64,000 nucleotides of DNA from the IMG/VR virus record IMGVR_UViG_3300033066_001722, positions 25,817-89,816 of that record. One strand, written 5' to 3'. This DNA is from a virus (lineage: Duplodnaviria; Caudoviricetes). Under the pieces are notes generated by a model. The model was not told where the DNA came from, did not search any database, and saw nothing but the letters and a program-made list of their open reading frames with translations. Shown piece by piece: positions 37,105 through 46,664 of the stretch (positions within the stretch are counted from its first letter, which is position 1; the number at the start of each line of letters is the position of its first letter). The position numbers were made by a program, and so were the translations under genes.

Positions 37105-38814
37105 CTAGACGTCTCCAATTCGGGTGTCGAGAGGACGATTAAACTGAATGAGCTCCTGGATACACTCCACGAGTTCATTGACTTGTCGGTTGAGCGATTC
37201 AATCCGAGTACGGTCATTGACCGGGATCGGAGGGGCTCCACGCGGGGTCGGACGCTTGACGATCGGCTGACCGTCCTCCGGCTTTGCCGCGTCCGCGGCC
37301 TGGCCACCTGTCGCTTGCATCGCCGCCATGGCCTCTGCCTGCGATTCTGCGGCCTCTTTCTTAAGGAGGGCTACCTGGGCCTTGGCCTCCTTTTCGGAGA
37401 AGCCTAGGTGTCGAATCAGGAGCTGTTCTCGTGTAAGCAGCTTGGCCTCCTGCCCCAGAGCAACGATCGTATAGCGCAACTGGTCGACCTTCATCGCTGT
37501 CAGATCGTCGATCTGGGAGAGGGATGGAAAGGTCGTTCGAACGACCACGTCGTCCACGACCGACTTCGAGTATCCTTGGCAACGCAGCTCCACACGACAG
37601 CAGCGTACGATACCGTGCGCGTAATCCTTACGCACACGTCGTATAGCGCGCAGGAAGTTCATGATGGCGATCGTAGGAGCGGTGTCTCCGGACAGCGTAG
37701 CGTTGCCATTGCTGGAGAACCAACCTCGATACATCCCGAGTCCCATGAAGAGGCGATCATAGATCATGTCCATGTCGCCAATCTTCGAGATGTTGGGGTC
37801 CCCCTGCATGCGCTCGACGTCGTTCTTGCTCTTGTCACTGACAGGGATGTAGATGTCCTCGTCTGAGCGAAGAGGATTCGTCCGCATCTCCATCTTGCCG
37901 GACGCATCTGTATAGCGCGTCCGCTTCGTCTCTCGCCTGAACTTCATCAGGTAGATGAGACGATCGACAGGGTTCATGTCTGCGACATCAACCTTCCACT
38001 TGTAGCGTGGTTGACTGTTGGCGAGCCGATTGATGACCATACCATCGAAGAGAAGCTCAAGGATCTTCGCAAGTCTGTCGACTGAGCGGAGGATCGAGGT
38101 ACCATAGACCTGTCCAGCACTGAGCTGGAGCATGAAGTGGCAGACCTGCCAACGATCGAACTCAGCGGCGCTCTCCTGATCCTTCGAGATAGCAGGCGGG
38201 ATTCCATACTGCTTATAGCCGAGGACGTCTCCGGAGTTGTCGAACTGCTTCTCCATAGAAGCGGGAGGTCGGTAGCCGATCTTCGACAAGCCCATAGGCG
38301 TGACGATGAGTTCCCAGAAGCTGTCGCCGAACTTGCACATCTCTCGGACAGTCTGCCAGGCATAGTCGGGTAGGCCCGTGCGTCGGAGCATTGCCTCTAG
38401 GATCTCTTGCTGCTCGGGATCTTCAACCTTGACCTTGAAGACCTCGTCCTTGTCGACCATCGAACCGGCGACTGCGTAGTCCGCGTACATGTTCAAGGCT
38501 GTCGTGATCTCAGGTAGGTTCCGATCCATCTCCTCGTAGCGCGCGTACCGATCGTAGCGGATCGTACTCTGGTTGAGCCAGTCCAGATAGCTGTCAGCGT
38601 AGAGACCGCCATACCAGAGTAGAGGATTCGAGGTACCCTCTTCGGTGGTCTTGGACTGTCTGCGCTTGAATGGATCGTCGTCGTCGCCGATACCTCGACG
38701 CAGTTCTGCAGCTGCAGAGCGTACCTTCAGGCCTGTAGGCTCCTCGAGCTTCTCCTCTGCGAGGTCCCCTCGAAGAGCACGATAGGCTCCATACAGACGA
38801 TCGAACACGGTCAC
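37105..38814 (-). CDS. portal protein (T4 gp20-like)
   Basis: RYEEMD..PEITTALNMYAD, GTSIL, DGMVINRL..SQPRYKWKVDV and SDEDIYIP. Confidence 0.93.
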   Translation of the reverse strand: MTVFDRLYGAYRALRGDLAEEKLEEPTGLKVRSAAAELRRGIGDDDDPFKRRQSKTTEEGTSNPLLWYGGLYADSYLDWLNQSTIRYDRYARYEEMDRNLPEITTALNMYADYAVAGSMVDKDEVFKVKVEDPEQQEILEAMLRRTGLPDYAWQTVREMCKFGDSFWELIVTPMGLSKIGYRPPASMEKQFDNSGDVLGYKQYGIPPAISKDQESAAEFDRWQVCHFMLQLSAGQVYGTSILRSVDRLAKILELLFDGMVINRLANSQPRYKWKVDVADMNPVDRLIYLMKFRRETKRTRYTDASGKMEMRTNPLRSDEDIYIPVSDKSKNDVERMQGDPNISKIGDMDMIYDRLFMGLGMYRGWFSSNGNATLSGDTAPTIAIMNFLRAIRRVRKDYAHGIVRCCRVELRCQGYSKSVVDDVVVRTTFPSLSQIDDLTAMKVDQLRYTIVALGQEAKLLTREQLLIRHLGFSEKEAKAQVALLKKEAAESQAEAMAAMQATGGQAADAAKPEDGQPIVKRPTPRGAPPIPVNDRTRIESLNRQVNELVECIQELIQFNRPLDTRIGDV

Positions 38815-39602
38815 GACGTCACCACTGACTTGACCTTCGCAGCAGAAGGCTGATTGGAGGTGTAGCGTACGGCAATACGCTCTGGTCCGAGACCTCGATA
38901 CTGCTTGATGGCCCCCACGACAGCAGCGAGTGTGAAGCTGTCGACGATACCCCAGTCTCCGCCGACCCGCATCCAGATTTCGACATTCGCAGCGAGTGTC
39001 GCGTGTCCAGTAACGACGACCCAGATCTCATTCGCGTTCGTGACAGCTACGCCGTCTGTGGATGCTGGTACTCCGGACTGCGGAGTACAGACCTGTGTCT
39101 GTCCTGTCGTAGCCGAACCGCCTGGAGCGTAGTAGTTCGTCGTTGCGTACGGCGAGACAGAGACTAGAGGACTGGAAGAGAAGATCGAGGAGACGATGTA
39201 GACCTTGACATTCGATGCGATCGGCGCGTAGACGACGATCATCAGGTATCGAGACTTCCATCCTGTGATCTCTTGAACGAACTGGCGTCCGCTCCCAGGC
39301 GTCACCGGGACGATGTCGACGGAGCCGGCTGTCCCGATGGACCCTGAGTAGATCGAGGTGTAGTTCACATCGTCTTCAGAGACCTTGACGTCAATGGCCT
39401 CTGCATTCGCAGGTGCACCACTCTCGACTTCAATGAAGATCTGTAAGCTAAGTGCGTCTGGGATCTCGATCCGAGCTGCGACACCACCGCTAGAGTTCGC
39501 GGTGGTCCAGACGTTTGGAGAGGGCTCCCAGATGCGAAGCGAGCCAACAGCAGAACCACGCTGCTGGCTGCCATAGAGGGTGTTGACGTGGGTGGAAGTC
39601 AT
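38811..39602 (-). CDS. hypothetical structural protein (beta-rich)
   Basis: ORF in the head module, GTGA-coupled to the portal gene. Confidence 0.65.
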   Translation of the reverse strand: MTSTHVNTLYGSQQRGSAVGSLRIWEPSPNVWTTANSSGGVAARIEIPDALSLQIFIEVESGAPANAEAIDVKVSEDDVNYTSIYSGSIGTAGSVDIVPVTPGSGRQFVQEITGWKSRYLMIVVYAPIASNVKVYIVSSIFSSSPLVSVSPYATTNYYAPGGSATTGQTQVCTPQSGVPASTDGVAVTNANEIWVVVTGHATLAANVEIWMRVGGDWGIVDSFTLAAVVGAIKQYRGLGPERIAVRYTSNQPSAAKVKSVVTS

Positions 39603-39633
39603 AGACCCCAAGTAAAGGGTCTAGAGCAGAAGG

Positions 39634-40347
39634 CTAGGCAGGGTCGCCGTTCAGGCTGGCGTACGCCACGTAGACCGTCACGTCACCAGCGCTCAACAGC
39701 GCGACGTTGACGTCCGAGGCGATCACGACCTTGGCTGCGGTCGAGGTGGCGTAGCAGTGCGGCGAGGCAGCACCGTTCAGGCCGACGCCAGCAGCGATCA
39801 CACGCCCGGAGGCCCCGGTATAGACCGAGCTCGACGTGAGCAGGCGGTCATCATCACCAGCGTCACCCACCTTGATGGTGCAGTTGCTGGAGCCACCACC
39901 CGAGAACGGTGTGGTGATCTGCGCCCATGCGCCCATGACCAGCGCGTCTGCCGGCAGCGAGGGTGACAGGTCGAGCGTCTGCGACGTCGCGGTCGCGGTC
40001 ACGTTCACACCGGCCTGCAGGCGCAGCTTGGCGATACGTGGACGCGTCACACCCAGCTCGGCCAGCGCAGCCTCGACGGTCGTCGCAGCCAGATGGCCAG
40101 CGGCGTCCGTCACGCTGATGTTGGCTGCATCGCCCTGACCGGGGCTGAGCTGCCCTGGCACGGCGAAGTCGAGCTTGATCACGTCGACGACAGACGAGCC
40201 GAGGTTGATCGTACGCAGCTCCGAGTTGCGGAGACGGTAGCCGGCCAGTTCCTGGGTGTCGACTTCCGTCGCGATCGCAGCGTTGCGCTCCGCCAGCGTG
40301 GCGAGCCCGGACAGGTCAAGAAACTTCGTGATATTCTGAGCAGGCAT
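39634..40347 (-). CDS. putative head decoration/fibre protein
   Basis: AANISVTDA...ATTVEAALAEL fibre-type motif and capsid-like codon usage. Confidence 0.6.
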   Translation of the reverse strand: MPAQNITKFLDLSGLATLAERNAAIATEVDTQELAGYRLRNSELRTINLGSSVVDVIKLDFAVPGQLSPGQGDAANISVTDAAGHLAATTVEAALAELGVTRPRIAKLRLQAGVNVTATATSQTLDLSPSLPADALVMGAWAQITTPFSGGGSSNCTIKVGDAGDDDRLLTSSSVYTGASGRVIAAGVGLNGAASPHCYATSTAAKVVIASDVNVALLSAGDVTVYVAYASLNGDPA

Positions 40348-40360
40348 GGATTGGGGCCTC

Positions 40361-40567
40361 CTAGTTCTCTTCATACAACCTGCAAGTCGCTTCAGGGTCG
40401 ATATTGCCCTTCACCCGCTCACAGGTCTCACTTGCAGATTCGTAGTAAAGACAGTCTTTGCAGAGGTCCTCGTCAGCGTCCTCTTCATAGCCAGCTTGGG
40501 ACTTGCTGATCTGCCCTTGCAGAGCTTCCTGCAGGACTACGAGTAGAGGACTACGTTGATTGGCCAT
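40361..40567 (-). CDS. HiPIP-like four-cysteine small protein
   Basis: Y......CKDCLYY.....TCERVKGNIDPEATC matches HiPIP C-x2-C...C-x2-V-x-G-x-I-x-P-x3-C spacing. Confidence 0.6.
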   Translation of the reverse strand: MANQRSPLLVVLQEALQGQISKSQAGYEEDADEDLCKDCLYYESASETCERVKGNIDPEATCRLYEEN

Positions 40568-40836
40568 TATGCACCTCGGAGACGGCGAGGACGTCCGAAC
40601 AGAAACTGCTGGACGTCAAGTTCTGTCCACGACTCAGGAGATGTCATGTCGAGGACACGTAGAGGTTTGAGAGGAGCTCTGCCAGCGGAGCCAAACAACG
40701 CCTCGAAGGCTACAGCCTGAGGTGTCCCAGGCTCGTAAGGATTCTGCAGGCGTTCGCTGACCCTGTCAGCAACAGCCAGTAATAGATCAACTAACTGTTC
40801 CTCGTTGATCGTGTCCAAGAGGTCTGGTCGGCTCAT
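40567..40836 (-). CDS. hypothetical protein
   Basis: 89 aa, overlap-coupled to both neighbours. Confidence 0.65.
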   Translation of the reverse strand: MSRPDLLDTINEEQLVDLLLAVADRVSERLQNPYEPGTPQAVAFEALFGSAGRAPLKPLRVLDMTSPESWTELDVQQFLFGRPRRLRGA

Positions 40837-42911
40837 AGACGTCTCCCAAATCTGCGAAGACTCTTCGTAGGGTCGACACCGTCACGCATCATACGCTGTG
40901 CGTAGTCTGGTAGATCCATAGTCTCAGAGATCAGGTTCAGCTCCATCCGCTGTTTGTCGTCTAAGTCCTGAGCGATCTCCTCATAGAGCGGAGCAGGGAG
41001 AGGCTCCCGCTCAACTCCGTGCTTCTCGTTGATCATCCCGCATATCGCAGCGACGCATTCGGCAACATCACAGTGGTGAGCTGCCCCCTCCTCAAGGGCG
41101 ACACGCTTCTTGAAGATACCTCCGTCTGGCAGGAGTTCGACAGCGCTCAGCTCCTGCGTTAGCGGGGAGTATGGATAGAGTGCGATCCTCTCATCACGTA
41201 TAGAGTCACGAAGGCTGGTCCAACACTGAGGGTTCAGATCTACAGAGTAGTTGACAGCGTCGTAACCCTTAGAGAGGAGTGAGTTGATACTCGTCGTCGA
41301 CTCGAACCTGTCATACGAGACCAGCCGGAGGCGATAGCCCATCTCGCGACAGGCGTAGATCAAGTCGAGGATCGCCTCGATGTCGATCCTACCCATGTCA
41401 GGTGGGCAGATCCGCTGCATATAGTCGATATGCGTGATAGGTCGACGTTCTGTGATCCACCAAGTCTTGGACTTGCCCAGGATCTGACGACGGTAGCTCT
41501 TGTACCCTGCGAAGCAGCCCATGGCGAATCCGGCTGTCGTTGCGCTCTTGGCTAGATCGACATGGATGTAGCGGTACGCGTCTGGGTGTAGCAGTGGTCG
41601 ATTCTCTCCGTTGACTTGTTTGCAGAGCTTTTCGATGAGGAGTAGCTGCGCAGAGATGAGCTTCGCCGAGGTATACTCATACGGATGCTCTCGCGGTATA
41701 TCACCGATCGAAGCATTCGCGTAGCAGGGTTCGACCGGACGCTCGAAGTACGGGTTGGAGGCCAGCAGAGGTATGCCAGCGATATCGCGAATCGCACCGT
41801 TGATATTGTCCTCGAACGGGCCTAGGTGCTCTGTCGGGATATAGATCAGGTGACAGTTCTCGGGGACTGTGAACTCCTTCTCGTTGAAGGTCGAGGCATC
41901 CAGAGAGACGATCCGACTTCTGTGGAGCCCATTGCCGACGAAGACCACGAAGCGCTTACCCTTGTATGGGCTCACCACTGCGGATCCCTTCGTCTCCCAC
42001 GTTGCGTACCGCAGGACCTTGATACGCTTGTTCGTGCGAGCTGCAGCGACACGCTCTTCGGTGAATTCACCAGGAAACTGCACAGAGCTGATAACCCAGA
42101 AGACTGGCAGGACAGCGAGCTCAGCGTCAATCGATCCAATGAAGCGACTCTCACGTCGTCGGACGATCTGCGTATAGAGGGAGCGAGCTGGATCGGTCTC
42201 GTTGGCCATCTTCGCGCGCTTACTCCGTCGCGTGCTGATCATGAAGTTGGCCTCGTCCATAGCACCGCCGACGAGGTTCTCACCTATCACCGAGAGCTCG
42301 TTGGAGTTACCAGAGACGTAGCGTAGGTGGCGTCTCCCAGTCCCGGAGCACTTAGGACAGGCTCGAGAGCCTTGTCGTCCAGTCCAGAAGCACATCGTAC
42401 ATGGGAAGACAGCGCTCTCCTTGTCCTTGATCTGAGGCTTCAGGACCTCTGTGACGAAGGGCGAGCTCTTCAGCGCAGACGTGATATAGGAACCCATCAG
42501 GTTGCCAGCCTGGTCGCCAGAGATCGACATGTTCATCATGACGAGGTCTGTCGTTGGCGAGATCACACCTGCACCGATGAGCCTGTGAGGGTCGCGCAGA
42601 CATGCAAGGCGGACCATCTCGATAGCAACACCGAGACCAGCGATGAAGCTCTTGCCCCACCCGATTGAGCCTGAGCAAACGACCTCTGTGTATGGCTTCT
42701 CTAGGATGTCGACGAGATCAGTTCGCAGGATTGGGTAGAGAGCCTTACCTACGTTGCCGAAGTAGTAGTCATCTTCGATGAGCTGACGAGCTGGCGGGAG
42801 TGGGTGTGACCACTGCGTACCTTGGATGTAATCCCAGGTCGAGGATCGTCCTGACGCGAGCTCTGCTCTGATCTTGTCGAGGACTGCTTGTTCTTTGGGA
42901 GATAGCCCCAT
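40833..42911 (-). CDS. terL: terminase large subunit
   Basis: Walker A GSIGWGKS, Walker B AMDEANF, coupling ISS, nuclease IHVDLA and VSYDRF; upstream of the portal gene. Confidence 0.92.
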   Translation of the reverse strand: MGLSPKEQAVLDKIRAELASGRSSTWDYIQGTQWSHPLPPARQLIEDDYYFGNVGKALYPILRTDLVDILEKPYTEVVCSGSIGWGKSFIAGLGVAIEMVRLACLRDPHRLIGAGVISPTTDLVMMNMSISGDQAGNLMGSYITSALKSSPFVTEVLKPQIKDKESAVFPCTMCFWTGRQGSRACPKCSGTGRRHLRYVSGNSNELSVIGENLVGGAMDEANFMISTRRSKRAKMANETDPARSLYTQIVRRRESRFIGSIDAELAVLPVFWVISSVQFPGEFTEERVAAARTNKRIKVLRYATWETKGSAVVSPYKGKRFVVFVGNGLHRSRIVSLDASTFNEKEFTVPENCHLIYIPTEHLGPFEDNINGAIRDIAGIPLLASNPYFERPVEPCYANASIGDIPREHPYEYTSAKLISAQLLLIEKLCKQVNGENRPLLHPDAYRYIHVDLAKSATTAGFAMGCFAGYKSYRRQILGKSKTWWITERRPITHIDYMQRICPPDMGRIDIEAILDLIYACREMGYRLRLVSYDRFESTTSINSLLSKGYDAVNYSVDLNPQCWTSLRDSIRDERIALYPYSPLTQELSAVELLPDGGIFKKRVALEEGAAHHCDVAECVAAICGMINEKHGVEREPLPAPLYEEIAQDLDDKQRMELNLISETMDLPDYAQRMMRDGVDPTKSLRRFGRRL

Positions 42912-42927
42912 GAGACGAGGCTAAAGA

Positions 42928-43476
42928 CTACTTCGAGGGAGTTGAGGGAGTGGCACCGGCAGGAGGCAGACCCAGGAAGTTGCGCAGACGTGGCGAGTGA
43001 GGAGCGAACTTGCCTCGATCACCTCGGCTTCGTCCGGACTTGAAGAAGTGCTTCAGTTCGTTACGGAAGTCCGAGGTTAGAGCCTCTTCGAGGTCGTCTT
43101 CGTCGTTGTCCGGCTCCGAGTCGTCCTCGTCGTCGCCGTTCTCCTCTTTGCCCTCGTTCTTTTTCTTCGACTTCGGATCGTAGTCGTCCTCGTCGTCGTC
43201 GATCTCTTCCTCGTCCGCAGGCTCATCCTCTGGCATGTCGGAGGGCTCTTCACCCGACATCGCCACGAGGGTGGCCTTGTCGACCTTCGCACCCTTCTTC
43301 ATGCCGCTGACCTCAGCGGCTTCTGTCAGATTGGCACAGCCAATCACGAGGGCAGCGCTCGCACCCTCTTGCATGAGGTACATGCGATTGCCTGTACCCA
43401 CCAGCACGGGCATCCGTGTCCCTGCAAGGGTATAGCCGTCATCCTTCTTCTCGACCTTGACACCTTTGATGTGCAT
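42928..43476 (-). CDS. acidic putative prohead core/scaffold-like protein
   Basis: RBS AAGGAG, start MHIKGV. Long D/E tract, several LxE/MxE sites, capsid-like codon usage. Confidence 0.65.
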   Translation of the reverse strand: MHIKGVKVEKKDDGYTLAGTRMPVLVGTGNRMYLMQEGASAALVIGCANLTEAAEVSGMKKGAKVDKATLVAMSGEEPSDMPEDEPADEEEIDDDEDDYDPKSKKKNEGKEENGDDEDDSEPDNDEDDLEEALTSDFRNELKHFFKSGRSRGDRGKFAPHSPRLRNFLGLPPAGATPSTPSK

Positions 43477-43487
43477 CGTAGAACTCC

Positions 43488-43928
43488 TTAACGGATACCT
43501 ATAACAACCAAGAAACACCAGAACCAGGAACCAATCGTACACTCCCCATCAGGTTCGAGGTAGTCCAGCGTCGACATGATCCCACCATAGTCAACGATCG
43601 GATCGACGAGTGTCCCAAAGTTGGGATGTCGAACGATCGCATGGTAACCTAGAAGTAGACGCAGAGCGAACGCGCCCTCCTCTTGAGGACTCTGCGCTGT
43701 CGTAAGGATCTTGCCCTGGATGGCATAGACGACGCGTCCGTCATGATCGTAACCAGCTTGCCCGATCCAATAACGATAACCACCAGGGAATTGGTGGGCG
43801 ACCAGTTCTGCTCCTCTGGCTCCTGTCTGTGCATTTCCAGGATCTGGATTGATCGAGTCGAGATTCAGCGCTCTGAGCGACGGGAGAGGGCCTGAGCGGA
43901 TCAGACCGCTACCGAGTCGAAGTAGCAT
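43488..43928 (-). CDS. hypothetical protein
   Basis: ORF track only. Confidence 0.5.
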   Translation of the reverse strand: MLLRLGSGLIRSGPLPSLRALNLDSINPDPGNAQTGARGAELVAHQFPGGYRYWIGQAGYDHDGRVVYAIQGKILTTAQSPQEEGAFALRLLLGYHAIVRHPNFGTLVDPIVDYGGIMSTLDYLEPDGECTIGSWFWCFLVVIGIR

Positions 43929-44505
43929 CTGGCGTCTCCTGATCTTGCTTAACGACCTGCGTCACCTTCTGGAGATGCTCAAGGACCCGCTGTCTCTCAA
44001 CGTCTGTAAGACCTGTCTGCGGGTCAACAACCTGAGCAGAGGCGGTCGTAGGCAGGTGGATATTGACCTGCGACCCTCCATTTGACTCTGCCTCGCCAGA
44101 CATCCGACGCTCTCGACGTGCGAGATCCTCTGCAAACTGCCGGCGAAGCTCCAGCTTGTTCCTGTCTGTGAGCTTCTCGAAGCGTTCGAAGAGTTTCTCG
44201 TCCAGCGTATCGAGCTTGTCTCGGAGAGACGCAGCAGCGCCAGCGTTGTGGATCTGAACGAGATGTGCGACTGCTCGAGCCCGATTCGGATGCTCTCCGT
44301 CTAGCTCCACAAGCGTTGGAGCGACGTCAGCAGCCCCTATGTCGGGGGAGCCAATAGCCCACTTCTCAAGTGCCTCGATGGTATTTCGAACGGTCCTCTT
44401 CACGAGGAGGGAGCTAAAGCCCTTTGAGACGCTTTGACGTATTGTCGGGGAGGACGATATCGATGTAGGGACCGATGACACGCCAGACGATTGCTCGTTG
44501 ACCAC
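43909..44505 (-). CDS. hypothetical protein, possible terminase small subunit (start uncertain)
   Basis: Helical charged protein near terL; C-terminal 'VNIHL' segment. Confidence 0.4.
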   Translation of the reverse strand: MVNEQSSGVSSVPTSISSSPTIRQSVSKGFSSLLVKRTVRNTIEALEKWAIGSPDIGAADVAPTLVELDGEHPNRARAVAHLVQIHNAGAAASLRDKLDTLDEKLFERFEKLTDRNKLELRRQFAEDLARRERRMSGEAESNGGSQVNIHLPTTASAQVVDPQTGLTDVERQRVLEHLQKVTQVVKQDQETPDATSTR

Positions 44506-45070
44506 ACCACAAGAAGCTGTCGTTCACCTCGTAGCGTAGGCTACGATCGAACGTCCCGCGGTCTCTGACCAGTTGCTTGTAGAACTGATAGCGCTCTGGA
44601 GCCGGCTCAGCACGCTTAACAAGCTTCTGAGGGGTCTCAGACTCCTCTGTTGGGTCACCCTCCCAGATCTGACGAGATTCTGGAATGGTATCCTCTTCCT
44701 CATTCGGAGCTGAGCGAAGGACCGTACGGATGTCAGCAGGCGTGTCCGCTCGGACACGTGCGACCTCTTGTCTCTTCGACCGACGAGCTTCTGCCTGCTC
44801 GTCGAAGGGCTCAAGCGGAGCGATGATGTGTCGAACGTCCGAGAGGACTACTTCGATCTCTGTCGTCCTCTCGGACTTGATGAGAGCGAAACGCTCCCCT
44901 GTCCAGGACCCTGGCTTGATCCTATAGAGGTCGTGCGTCACCGTGCTGGTTGCGACGGTAATCGCAGGTTGGTTGTGTAGGCGTAGGATGGCAGCTACCA
45001 CCTCGATGAGAGGAACCTCCCCTCCCTTGGTGAATACTCGGTTGCGCAAGGCGGAGCGTAGGGATTTCAA
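44414..45070 (-). CDS. hypothetical protein
   Basis: Probable TTG start at 45070 with AGGAG 7 nt upstream. Confidence 0.65.
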   Translation of the reverse strand: MKSLRSALRNRVFTKGGEVPLIEVVAAILRLHNQPAITVATSTVTHDLYRIKPGSWTGERFALIKSERTTEIEVVLSDVRHIIAPLEPFDEQAEARRSKRQEVARVRADTPADIRTVLRSAPNEEEDTIPESRQIWEGDPTEESETPQKLVKRAEPAPERYQFYKQLVRDRGTFDRSLRYEVNDSFLWCGQRAIVWRVIGPYIDIVLPDNTSKRLKGL

Positions 45071-45244
45071 CTTCGATCTCCTACCGTCTGCGCGACGGTC
45101 TTGGTCGATCTGGTGGATGCGACCGACACTGTGCGGCTGTCGCGGTCTTGTTCTCGCAGCATTTGTCCGTGCCACAGCAGTGCTGTCCAGTAGGACAGCC
45201 TTGCGGACAGGCTCCATAGGCAGAGGAGGCTACGAGGATGAGAG

Positions 45245-45436
45245 CTATCGACAGACTTCGAAGCGCGGCATGCAGTGCTCGATGACATACTTGCGCTCGC
45301 TCGCTGCTCCCGCGAAGTAGGAGCTGACGACGAGTGCAACGATCAAGAGTGGGATCAACAGATCCCACTTGAAATTGAAGTTCCATCTCTTTGTGTCGAT
45401 CCATGTGATCTGTGTAACATCGCTATTCGTTGCCAT
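45245..45436 (-). CDS. small single-TM protein
   Basis: LLIPLLIVALVVSSYFAGA hydrophobic segment. Confidence 0.5.
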   Translation of the reverse strand: MATNSDVTQITWIDTKRWNFNFKWDLLIPLLIVALVVSSYFAGAASERKYVIEHCMPRFEVCR

Positions 45437-45719
45437 GTTGGGCTCCGATCAATCTTTGAATCTGCTCGTCGGCGCGCTGTTCGTAGTACCGCGTGTGGTG
45501 GATCACGAAGAGACCTGCCTCTGCGTCCGGCTCCGCCGTATACGGTGACGTGGAGGAGACGCGAAAGGGTAGCCAAACTCCTACCCACTCAGGGCCGAAG
45601 CGACGCTCAGCGAAGAGCTGTAGAAGGATCTGCTGTCCTTCCTCGAAGGGAACAGGGAGCTGAAGACCACTGAAGTCCTCTTCTCTGCTAATGAGGTCTG
45701 AAATGCAGTCATTGAGCAT
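45423..45719 (-). CDS. hypothetical protein
   Basis: ORF track; overlap chain with neighbours. Confidence 0.55.
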   Translation of the reverse strand: MLNDCISDLISREEDFSGLQLPVPFEEGQQILLQLFAERRFGPEWVGVWLPFRVSSTSPYTAEPDAEAGLFVIHHTRYYEQRADEQIQRLIGAQHGNE

Positions 45720-46172
45720 GGATGAGGTGACGTTCGTTCATGAACTGGTCAGGGTCGAGTCCGAGTGAGTCGAGATAGTCTCTCATCGTTGATGGGTCGA
45801 CGATGATCCAATGCGGACGTGGGCCTATGGCTCGGATGAACGATCCATGATCTGGGTGTAGACCGATCCAAGGTCTTGGGTGTGGTAGATCACCACGAGC
45901 AGAGGGTCCTACCCACATCCAGTGTAGACGCGATCGATCAGGCCATCTCCAGGTACTCAGTAGTAAGTAGGCAGCATCGCGGTCTTCGAGGGTGCGAAGG
46001 AACTCGTGGATGTTCTGTGGGTATAGAGCACGATTGCTCCATGCGACTGGACCTAGGGATCTCTTGTAGAGTCGGCCTACCTGGATCTCATAGATCGGAT
46101 GGACGGACGGGTCGAGCGCGTAGTAGGTACCATCCCACAGTAGCGCATCAGACAGCTGTTGCAAGGTGCGCA
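45709..46172 (-). CDS. hypothetical protein
   Basis: GTG start at 46172 avoids overlap with the divergent plus-strand gene. Confidence 0.55.
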
Positions 46173-46249
46173 CATGGCAAGTCGTAAACCGACGCAGCCC
46201 CGCACGTCCCTTTGAGGTGTCCGATAACCCAAACACAATGAGGTTCCCT

Positions 46250-46657
46250 ATGCCCGCGAAGAATCCCCTGTCCCGCAAGATCGTGATCCCGGCCAAGCAG
46301 GCCGACCTGGTGAAGGCGTTCGAGACCGGCATGCGCGTCAACGCGCAGGTCGGCGACATCACGATGCAACCGATGGTCGATGGCAAGCCGGTCAACATCA
46401 CCGAGTACGTGATCTGTGGTCGCCTGGACAATGGCAGCCTGGTCGAGCTGTCGGGCGTCGAAGCGTCGCCCTACAAGGATCCGGCCAAGGCCGCCGCCGC
46501 GCAGGCCAAGAAGGATGCCAAGAAGGCTGACAAGGCGGCGAAGAAGGCGGCGACCACGACCACGACCACGACCAACGCCGCCAGCGCCAGCGCCTCGACC
46601 GAAGCCCACGGCGGCAAGAAGAGCGCCTTCGGCAAGGGCACCAGCAGCGCCTCGTAG
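46250..46657 (+). CDS. small protein with Lys/Ala-rich histone-like tail
   Basis: GAGG RBS and ATG at 46250; strongly G/C-ending codons; AKKDAKKADKAAKK tail. Confidence 0.75.
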   Translation: MPAKNPLSRKIVIPAKQADLVKAFETGMRVNAQVGDITMQPMVDGKPVNITEYVICGRLDNGSLVELSGVEASPYKDPAKAAAAQAKKDAKKADKAAKKAATTTTTTTNAASASASTEAHGGKKSAFGKGTSSAS

Positions 46658-46664
46658 CCTCTAC

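Noticed and set aside
46176-46189. GG-N10-GC match on the minus strand
   Set aside because: The predicted +1 falls downstream of the likely GTG start at 46172, and the -24 context is poor. Probably chance.
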